Shown here: in pieces, positions 11,731 through 22,269 of the stretch
Position numbering within the stretch: position 1 is the first letter of the stretch
Layout: each line of letters starts with the position of its first letter
Origin: Octopus vulgaris
Lineage: Eukaryota
Length of the DNA: 64,000 nt
Direction of reading: 5' to 3'
Assembly (NCBI GenBank): GCA_951406725.2
Contig: OX597820.1
Coordinates: 54,312,001 to 54,376,000 of the forward strand
Translations under genes and position numbers: made by a program
Notes under the pieces: model-generated
Told to the model about the DNA's origin: nothing
Databases searched by the model: none
What the model saw: only the letters and a program-made list of their open reading frames with translations

Positions 11731-12944
11731 GGTTAAAGACTTTCGCTGATATATAACGAACTAAAGAGTGTATAAAATATGCATATAGTCTAACAATTCA
11801 TAAGTGAATATTAGGCTGACTGTGAGATTAATGTCAGAAGCTTATAGTATAACGATAAGCATGATAAATTACTCACACGGAAGATATGGGTTCAATTTCT
11901 ACTTGACTTACTATTTGTTCACTTTCATATCGGTATATGTATTTCCACAGCAACATCTAATGTAGTATAGTATAGTGCTAGTAAGGCGGAATAGTATATA
12001 TTGTATATAGTAGTATATTGTGATATAATATTTTTCACATTAAATATTACACATTTTTCACATTACATTAATACATTACATATTAACGTTTTCACATTAC
12101 ATACATTACATCCACTTGTCCATTATATGGACAAGTGGATGTCGAAAAACCAGTAATGGGCTCGTTATTTTGTAGAATTAAGCAGATTTATGGGGAATTA
12201 TCTCCCTTGGATAGATTGGTTAGCGAATAACACGAAGCTATAGTACGCTTCCACCAAAACAAAGCAAAGTGAACTGAAGCATGAAGTTAGTGTTCTTTTC
12301 AGTGAAATAAGAAAACACTCCCTGGAAAACCTCCACATCATTAGTGAATCTACTAAAAATAGCAACCACATCTCCTTCAAACCCTACTCCTACATTTTTA
12401 AACAAGAAATGGTACAGATAATATAGATCTTAGAATTTCCTTTAAAACATTGTGGCAACGGCTGGAATACCTTTGACCATCGGCCTGCGCTACCAAATTT
12501 GACTTGAAGCTAAAGAACAACAACATTTCATATGGTCTCATAAACTACGATTGATTTATACACTCAATGTATTCAATATGCTATCGTTTAACATAACCTT
12601 CACTCGCAAACGAGAAAGACTTTATAGATGTACCAAGCGAATTATTTGGGGTTAAGAACAGAAATAGGAAACCCTCTTGGCGCCCACTTCTTTACTCCAA
12701 CGGAACAAGGGACGATATGACAGTTGGAGGAATAATGGACTACACCCATACTAGGCTGGTACTCATTTTGAATTGAGTAGCTTAGAACAATGTGAATTGA
12801 CTCGCCTTTCTCAACGACACAACGCACCACCCGTCCCAGGAACTGAACCCTCGATCTTATAATCGTGAGACCAATACCTTAACCTCTAGACCACACGTCT
12901 TTATTTTGCATATCCTATCCAGTATTTAATTAAAAAAATAAATA

Positions 12945-13195
12945 AATGCGCCCTTTTAAAGCCTAGCCAGGCTCATGGGCCCGGTTTCTCGGTTTCTATG
13001 GCGTTTGTTTTCCCCAGCTGGACGGGACGCCAATCCATCGCAGCGCTACTCATTTTTGCCAGCTGAGCGGACTGGAGCAACGTGAAATGAAGTGTTTTGC
13101 TCAAGAACACAACGCGTCGCCCGGTCCAGGAATCGAAACCACAATCTTACTATCATGATGCTGACATCCTAACCACTAAGCCACACGCCTCCACA
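12945..13195 (-). mobile_element. tRNA-derived SINE group C; related copies 14237-14545(-), 49415-49760(-)
   Basis: Minus-strand head gtggaggcgtgtggcttagtggttagg...gtttcgattcc, tail gaaaccgggcccatgagcc. Confidence 0.75.
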
Positions 13196-13281
13196 TCCAA
13201 TATTTAGTGTTGAAATACTTGCTCAAATAGTTGTTGATAATTTCCTGAATTATCTGTTATCTCTAATATATTCCGTTGTAG

Positions 13282-13396
13282 ACTGCTCCAATTATGAAGG
13301 TCAACATCTATGACCCCAGGGACGATGACAACAAAATCAACTCCTATTTCCTGCGACGAGGAAAAAGGTTGGCCAGACACAAGAGAGACACTGACA
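13282..13396 (+). CDS. MYRF: MYRF-like exon TAPIMKVNIYDPRDDDNKINSYFLRRGKRLARHKRDTD
   Basis: Acceptor ttccgttgtag, donor a|gtaagt; phase 0/1; open frame with RxKR motifs. Confidence 0.82.
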
Positions 13397-14769
13397 GTAA
13401 GTACCTTGACATTATTTCCCCACTTATTTATTTATCTACTGGATTTTCTCTACCTTATCACCATTAATACTACCACAATTTGAGGAAGATTTGTAAAATA
13501 TTAACCAAACTGTGTTATCTGGAAAGGTGTCGGAAGCTCACGACTCTCAATTATTCAAGCAATGTAGCTAATGGCATATCAGCTTTAGAGGATTGGTAAC
13601 AGAGAAAAGTGACGATGATCTCGTGTGAGTTCTTGGTATCAATAAAGGGCAATTGAAGAGACTATTTCAGTAGAATTTCAGTTCGGAGACTATGGGAAAC
13701 TTCCACCTGGGCATTGCTGACTCGAGGAATTATGTTGAACAGCTTGTTGATGCAAGTTGGGTTCGCCTATCATCCAAGTCCATTTTCTTTTGGCGAGGAA
13801 GTGCAGGCAGTTTTTCCCCTGTCTGGTGGCTATGGAGAAAGAGATTATATGATGGACAAGACTGAAAGGACTTAGAACTTCTGCGGTCAATTCCTCATCA
13901 GCTCCAAGTGCTTAGAACGCAAAGTGAGGGTGGAGTAAGTGTGTTGTCTTGTGATATATTGATGCATCATCTAGGAGGGGGGGGTTGCTTGCTATTTCTA
14001 GCAAGTCGGCGACCTCATGAAAGATTCCTTCATCGGGATCACTATTCCAATCCCGTTGTTGATTTTAACCCAAGGTCCGCCCTGATTGACTTGAATCATA
14101 AAAGCATTTCATCCGTGACCATCCTTTCTCCTCAAGGCAGAGTTTAACCAAGAAAATATTATTTTACATGCCCTTCTTTTAATAAAACAGTATTATAGAT
14201 ACTATCAAATTAAATAAATACTATTAAATAAAATTTTGTTGTTCTTTGTTCCTTCTCGAGCCATGCCTGGCTCATAAGGGCCGGTTTCCCCGTTTCATTG
14301 GAGTATAGGTTCCCCACCTCGACGGAACGCTGGTCTGACATATGTGAGCAGCTAGATGCAGGAGGAAAGTGTGTGAGAAAATTGTGGCGAAAGAGTCAGC
14401 AAAAGTTCGTTATTACCTTCTGCCGTAGGTGCGTGGAGCTTAGGTGTTTCGCTCATAAACACATACGTCGCCCGGTCTGAAATTCGAACCCGCGATCCCT
14501 CGCCCGTGAGTCTGCTGCTGTAACCACTCAGTCATGTGCCTCCACGTTAAATAAAATCGTATTAGATAAAATAAAATTTGAGGGAAATACGACTAATATT
14601 TCTAATAAGCCAAAGACCTCATAAACATCCCGAAGATCGGGATGTTCATGAGGTCTTTAGTGCCAAACGCCCTCTAGTTTATATCGTTCCTTCTATAGAT
14701 AACAAATCAATTTTGTAATCAATTAATTATTAACCGTCTTATTAATTAATTCCCATCTTCTCATTACAG

Positions 14770-14989
14770 CATTGCAAAGTTCTAGTGTTCAAAACAATTT
14801 TCGTATAAATATTCTCTTAACAATTTCAGATTTCGTACAGGCCAGAGCTCAAATTGTATTAAAACAACTCAACTTTAGCATTAGCCAGGTATTCTGTGCA
14901 AAAAATAAACCATGCAGTGGGGGTCAGTACCATTATTTGGTGCCACTGAGTCCCTTCTTCGGTTTCAAACCAATAGACATTCAAATCAG
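14770..14989 (+). CDS. MYRF: MYRF-like exon, start of MRF_C2 domain (AQIVLKQLNFSISQVFCAKNKPCSGGQYHYLVPLSPF); alternative in-frame acceptor at 14830
   Basis: Acceptors tcattacag (14769) or caatttcag (14829), donor ag|gtaaat; phase 1/2; pattern matches MYRF C2 (I..YC....C..G.F.Y.IP.S). Confidence 0.85.
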
Positions 14990-15593
14990 GTAAATATTTT
15001 TTCAAAACCTCTTTTTCTCTTTCTCCAAATTTAAGTTTCTTTCTGTTCATCTCTCTTTCTCTTTGTTTTTCTCGCTTTCTATCTATCTCTTCCACTCTAT
15101 TCAGTTTAAATTCTCTTTATATATTTCTATTTTTCCTCTCCTCGCCTTCTCTATAATTACACATCGATCTGGATAGAAGGAGCTCCAAACTAACATGTGT
15201 TGTTTGCACCTTTTGTCAACAGCGAGAAATTTTTCTCCATGACTAAAAAATGTAATGAATGGCCTTTTTATGGGTTCGAACCCGTATGTTGCGAATATGT
15301 CTCAAACATATTTGAACTGGTAACAACTTTATACCAGCTCCTGAATTAAAGAGTAAATGATGACGATTATGATGCTGACGACGGTGATGATGTAGGCTGT
15401 GACGACCCATCCAACCCATGCCAGCATGGAAAAAAATACATGAAAGGAGGAAGAGGAGGAAGGGGACGAAGGGGAGATACAGAAGGAAGGGAAAGAAGGG
15501 GAAGGAGAGGAGGAGGTGGATGATGATAATGATGGCGACGACGACGAAGACTATGAGAAAGATGTATCAAAGCCTTTTTCCTTCATTTTTCAG

Positions 15594-15687
15594 GGTTGAT
15601 TCTTCGTTCACAGTGGCCTTGTGCCATAATATGACTAAGCAGACATGCCAAGGAGTACCTTCAGAACAAGCCATCAGACAACCTGAG
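15594..15687 (+). CDS. MYRF: MYRF-like exon RVDSSFTVALCHNMTKQTCQGVPSEQAIRQPE
   Basis: Acceptor cttcatttttcag, donor gag|gtaagt; phase 2/0; V.LC...C motif of MRF_C2. Confidence 0.88.
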
Positions 15688-16491
15688 GTAAGTAACAACA
15701 TATTGTAACCCTTACATTATTTCACTTAGCAGACCCGTGATCAAAGCCATTCCAGGTATTATGTTTAATATGCAACTTCCGCTTAAAAATGGATGTTCTG
15801 TTAGGACAAACATTACTGCGGTAATCACCATGTGAGTAACTCTCATATTGGCTTTCGGGGCCAAACGCCCTCTTGCTTATATCGCTAGTAGGGAGATAAA
15901 TCACCGCCACCTCCAACGCCGAGACAAGTTTACTTGATTTCGGCCTCTTATGACCTTGTCAATGGTAGACACCTGGCCTGGCATCTAACAGAATATCCAC
16001 TTTAAATTGGGATAAATAATATTTTTTGGTATTACTACTGCTTCTGTCGTTAATGAATATTTTTTTAAGATTCAATGTTTCCATGACTATCTTATCCTAG
16101 TTGCACGTGTAACCTTTCCTTTTTGTCAAAACAATAAGTTGTGATTTGAAGGAGATTTGGCTGGTATTACTTGCCGGTCTAGAGGTTCCGTACAAGAATC
16201 ATTCCATTATGATGATCATCATCATACTGATAATGATAAGAGTGGTGGTGGTGGTGGTGGTGGTGATGGTGGCGGCGGCGGTTTCAGTTGTGGTGGTGGT
16301 GGTGACGACGACGATAATGATGGCGGATGGCAACACTAATGATAAGATGATGGTGACAACGATGATGATGATGATGATAATAATAATGATGACGATGCTA
16401 GCATCAACTTTAATGTGTTCGCCAGCTTGTATGACCCTTACTCCCGGTATCAAATGTTCTAAGTTGACCCCACTATCTCTTCTATTTCCAG

Positions 16492-16566
16492 CAGAACCCT
16501 TATGAGTGGCGAATACCAATTGGCCATTGGTTTAACAGCAAATTTACATTCCGGGTGTTTGCTGGG
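16492..16566 (+). CDS. MYRF: MYRF-like exon (Q)NPYEWRIPIGHWFNSKFTFRVFAG
   Basis: Acceptor tctatttccag(cag), donor ggg|gtaagt; phase 0/0; W.I.......F.FRV motif of MRF_C2. Confidence 0.9.
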
Positions 16567-17137
16567 GTAAGTAGAATTTTTGGCAAGGGTTAACTCCTTT
16601 CCCTGACTTTCTAATGCTGTGGTGCCCTCACATTTACATTTGCAATAGAAATTAATCATCCCGCTCCTTTTGCCATGGTTCCCCACCCCAGTACCCCAAG
16701 TACACAATTATCCACAAAAACTTATTCAGATCTATATTTAAGACATGAGGAATTATGTACATTATTTACATTTGACGGATATTTGACCTCATTTGACGGA
16801 TATTTGTCAAATGTAAATAATGTAAATAAAAAACTTATTTCTTCACCATTTCATTCTAAGTGGATTTTTAGAAAACTATATATCAGGTCCGAGATTCTCT
16901 CAGAGAACCTATTTATTCCTTAGTAATTTGTATCAAACTTAAGCCCTGGTGTGCCTACTAACCAATAGTTAAATTAAAGTTAATATATTTAGTGCTAGGA
17001 ACATTCAAAAATACAACTTTGAAATAATTATGCAGAAAGAAAAAAATAATTAGCAATATTTTGTTTCTTTTGTCATATTTTGGTCTCATTTGACCTCCTC
17101 AACAACGAATAGACATCACCGTGTGTGGGGAGAGAAT

Positions 17138-17187
<50 letters not shown>

Positions 17188-17403
17188 TTTTTTTTTCTTT
17201 TACCTTTTACTTCTTTCAGTCATAAGACTGCGGCCATGCTGGGGCACCGCCTTGAAGAATTTCTAGTTTAATGTACCGACCTCCAGTACTTACTTTTTAT
17301 ACACCTGGTACTTATACTATCGGTGTATTTTGCCGCTAGGTTACGGGGACGTAATCACACTAGCACCGGTTGTCAAGCGGTGGTGGGGGACGAACACAGA
17401 TAG

Positions 17404-17492
<89 letters not shown>

Positions 17493-17527
17493 CGACGGAC
17501 TTATATCTTCCTCATTTGATTTTTCAG

Positions 17528-17617
17528 CAATCATCCCAGACGATTTGTTCACTCTCATCGACTGAAATTGGTCAAGACGTCTTCGATTACCATATTGAAT
17601 TTTTAAGAACATGTTAA
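17528..17617 (+). CDS. MYRF: MYRF-like terminal coding exon QSSQTICSLSSTEIGQDVFDYHIEFLRTC*
   Basis: Acceptor gatttttcag; ends DYHIEFLRTC-stop, matching the MYRF C-terminus (DYHF.F.R.C). Confidence 0.92.
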   Translation, partial: QSSQTICSLSSTEIGQDVFDYHIEFLRTC

Positions 17618-17623
17618 AATAAA
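17618..17623 (+). promoter_or_regulatory. Candidate polyadenylation signal AATAAA directly after the MYRF stop
   Basis: Sequence taa-aataaa; usage unknown, and the true 3'UTR may be much longer. Confidence 0.25.
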
Positions 17624-18300
17624 TATCTTTCAAAAGACGTTTTTATTCAAATGAAAACAAAACTGGAAATTCGCAAAAGAGAAAGAGAAATCTTCAAGAT
17701 ACCTCTAATAATATTGAGAGGTAGATTTCATCCTCAGAAGCAACGTGAAGAGAAATAAATGTGCTTCCATCCTCCGATTAATACGAACTCTGCGAGCATT
17801 GCAACATAAAAAAAAAGAGAGAGAAAAGACTATTCGAGATTTCTTCTCGAGCAAACTTCTTATGTGCCTTAACAATTTCTCAGTGTATCATGGTGGGGTT
17901 TTTTTAACATGTTACTTTAATTCTTCAGTTGGTTGAAGCCATACTGATGCGCTGCATTTTTCATTACACTTCCATAATTTACGTTCATTCAGTAAATGTT
18001 CATTTATTCATTGCAAACATTATGACGAATAATTTGATACACATATTTGGTACTTTAATCTCACCACAACGATGACAACATCAATATCAACAATACAAGC
18101 ATAAATAACATAAACGGCATAAGCAATGACAACAACAACAACAACAAAAACTAACATTATGTTAATTATTATGTTAATTAATAATAGCTTCAATAACACT
18201 TTTTTCTCTCATCTTCAAAAAACATATGTACAGCCTCGATATACATACATATATACAGATATACATACATACATGCATACATACATAGATACATACATAC

Positions 18301-18357
<57 letters not shown>

Positions 18358-18679
18358 CATATATATATATATATACATATATAATATATATATGCATATA
18401 TACATATATATATATTTATATATATATAACATATATATATATATATATATACATATACACATACACACACACACACACACACCCACACACACACATATAT
18501 ATATATATATATACACACACAAACATATCAATGAGAGCTTCGCACACACAATATTTTCGCTATTTGCAATTTACAGACATGTATATATACATCAGATAAT
18601 ACATCATATAAGCCCACAGATATATAAAAAATATACACACCATCTATAATTTTAAAACCATTCCATACGAAATATGCAT

Positions 18680-19330
18680 TACAAGATAGACCTGCTGTAT
18701 CTGTGTTGGTAACTTGATCCTATTTACATTCAGTTGTATCTATGTCTCATGAAGTATAGCTTCTTGTCTTACTAACATAGATCAGTATAGAGCCCTTGTT
18801 TGTTTTTTTCTTTTTTACAATGCAGACCTCTGTCTTATAATAGAGAACAATATAGACCAGTATCTTAGTAATACTGACCAACTACCATATTATCAATGCA
18901 GAACAATTTGTATTACTACGACAGGCTACTTCACAAATGTGTCTTACAAATGAAGCCTGAATCATACAATCACACCAACACAGATAAAAACTCATTAAGA
19001 TTGATTTGTATTTTAACAATACAGATCAATACACACCTTTGCGTTATCAATACTGATCAATATAAACCAATATGAATTTCTATTTTAACAACAGACTAAT
19101 GGTGACCAATGTTCTCCTATCAACTGAGACCAATATAGACCTGGATTTAATCAGATAAGACCAACAAAAATATCTGTTATATCTTAAACATTCAACAAAA
19201 ACTTATGTCTATTGAATCAGTTTTACCATCAAAGATGAAGTGCCTTAACAATAGAGATTTATGTCTTCAATAATAGAGACTAATATCGTCTTTGTTTCTG
19301 TAATTTGTATCTTATCTGCAGTGAATCAAT
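18680..19330. repeat. Cryptic degenerate minisatellite (~30-35 bp unit like tgtcttaacaatacagaccaatatagacc)
   Basis: Recurring caata...gaccaatat/gatcaata blocks. Confidence 0.5.
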
Positions 19331-20393
19331 GTTTCTGAATTAAAAAGAGATTATAAATATGTGTTTAAAACCTCAAACACACGTCATTCACTTTGGTTTA
19401 CCAGGGTCTCACCAACTCATTGAAATCCTCAAATAGCAGTCACCTAATGAAGGGGGCCTCCTTATGTGGTCACTTGATCTGCTAGAAATAGCAGAACAAA
19501 TCTCAAATTACATCTTATTGTCTTCAATAAAAAAGGGGGTACATTGGACAAGAGCTTGAAGATATTTGATTATGAATGTTTGATCACAGCTAACCTGAGG
19601 TCTGAACAACAACAACAAACTGACAACATAACTTGAAGTGTTCATTAGATATATGTTGAAACATCGACACATAACATGAAAGTAAATTTTAAAATTATAA
19701 ATAAATTTTTAAAAAAACATTTTTCATTGCAATGAGAGGATATTTCTTATTTCTCAATGAAACATGAAGGAAAAATACTCAGACAAAAAAAGATGAAATT
19801 CCAAGGACAAAAGTTAATGAAATTGTGGAAGGGATTTGAAGAAAAAAGACAATTCTGTCAGAAGTCTAAGAGACGAACTAAAATGTTAAAAGTAGTTTAT
19901 AATTCTTTCTTTTAAAATTGTTATTTTTAGTAAAACATTAAAATTTTCAGACAAAAAGGATATTTTTTGTGGAGTGATGTGTGAAAATATGTAAGACGAA
20001 TACAGCTTGACCATTGACAGGAACGTGATAAACAGAACGGTAAAATGCAACATGGCGGTGATGGTAATGGAATAACAGTGTCGAAATAAATATAATGCAA
20101 CAAAAATTCAATTATAAGGTAATAATGATTTCTCACATATACACTCATAGCCAGTAATTTCTGAAGAGGGAACAGTCATTTATATTGAATACCATAAATC
20201 AGAAGGCTTTCGATATAAATCCACTTTAAGTACGCATACAGATCGTTAATTTTGAACTAATACAACTTTTGTTACTAATAGTAAAGGTTTGTTCAGCCTG
20301 ATGGCTAAAAGCGATGTCAGTTACCTTTTAGTCACTGCTTAACGATATCAGCTAATAGCCGGTGTTAGCTTTACATGAGGTGTCGTCAATATT

Positions 20394-20435
20394 TGCTGCT
20401 GATGAAGCTAACAAAGCAGAAATCTAGATCCAGCA
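20394..20435 (+). ncRNA. Minimal type I hammerhead ribozyme (canonical core)
   Basis: tgctg|CTGATGA|a gct-aacaa-agc a|GAAA|tctaga|TC|cagca; perfect 5-bp stem I, palindromic stem III, AUC site (cut after 20430). Confidence 0.8.
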
Positions 20436-21125
20436 CTCTCACTACCAATGCTGGAAGACCTTCGCTTGCTGATGATATTTTCCTGTGTTTATAACATTAT
20501 ATGTCTGTTAGAGATACTTTCTCAAGACGAATACCGCAGTTTAGAAGGCTTTCGATTTATATATACTTCAACTTAAAGATCGCTAATCGATCACAGTATT
20601 TAATTGATAGTTTATTTTATTAACATCAGAAAGACAAAAGGCAAAGCTAACCTTCGCAACATTTAAACACAGAACTTAAAGACATATGAAACATTTCATC
20701 TTATGTTCTAATGATTCTGGCAATCCACCACTCAAACTATAAAGTAATAATAATATAACAATGATAATTATGATATAATATTGATATCGAAATAACTGTC
20801 ATTACGGAAGTAATAGTAAAGTAATATTAGTGTAGTAATGATATTATCATAATTATATTAGCGTCATTAGAAAATATATTACTAAGAAACACCTTCTTCG
20901 TTAAAAAATATAGTTAAGTTTATGTTAAATTTATTAAATGTATGGAGTATCAAAACAGTGAAGTAGTTCTGTGGCGAGGAGCGAATAAACAATATTTGGC
21001 AAAATAATCAAAATAGATATTAGTCATATGTTTCAGCTTCAACCTTGTTTTGAATGAATGAGTGAATGAATGAATGACAGAGGAGAGAGAGAGAAAGAAA
21101 GAGAAAGAGAAAGAAAGAGAGAGAG

Positions 21126-21156
<31 letters not shown>

Positions 21157-21165
21157 AAAAGAAAG

Positions 21166-21208
<43 letters not shown>

Positions 21209-21581
21209 AATCATTTTGAAAAGCTTATGTTTGTGACTCAGAATTGCATTATTTGAAATTTCCCAGACGCGAATAACACCTGAGCGTTTGGACACTTAAC
21301 TCTCAGTGGTGAGGTTTTCATAACTTCTAAAAAGAGGCTTTACAACCGCTTTTTTTTTGGGGGGGGGTGTTCAGACCCACTGCGCGGCATGTTTGGTACG
21401 TGTCTTCTACTGTAGCCTCGGACCGCCAAATGACTTGTAAATGAATTTGATTGATGGAAACTATGCTGAAGCCCATCGTATATATGTGAGTATGTGTGTG
21501 TCTTTGTGCCCATCTTTGTCTCCAGCCACTTGACAAATGTTGCTGGTTTGTTTACGCCCTTGTAATATATATAGTTGTGTG

Positions 21582-21616
<35 letters not shown>

Positions 21617-21674
21617 GTGAGAGAGTGTGTGTGTGTGTGTGTGTGTGAGAGTGTGTGTGTGTGTGTGTTTGTTT

Positions 21675-21762
<88 letters not shown>

Positions 21763-22269
21763 ACAGTATATTGTGTTATTGAGAAAAACACTTTATTTCC
21801 CGTTGCTCAGTTATCATTTCCACACCTGATGCGTGGCACACTTGTGCACCTGTGCAGACAATGTCGGCTTGGTGGCGTGAGAGACCTTATGTGAACACAA
21901 ACATTCGATTACCATAAGCAAAGCACTTGTGTAGTTGTTCAGCAAGTAATTGCAAATCTTCACTCGTTGATTAACAACGGGAGAGTCCATGACACACACG
22001 CACACACACACACACACACATACACAAACAAACAAACAAACAAACAAACAAACACATATTTATATATGTATCTGTGTGTGTGTGTTTGTTCCTCTACAAT
22101 AACTTGACAACAAGTGTTGGTTTATTTACGTTCCTGTAACCTGGTAATTCGGCAAATGAGGCCGTTAGAACAAGAACCAGATCTTGAAAAGATAAGTAAA
22201 CTATTCAAGACAGTGCCTCAGAACGGCTGTAGTCTGATAAGTGACACACGCAAAAGATTAAAGAGGATA

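Noticed and set aside
12108-12142. Perfect 16-bp stem with 3-nt loop as miRNA/terminator
   Set aside because: Too short for a pre-miRNA, with no supporting context; likely a local inversion.
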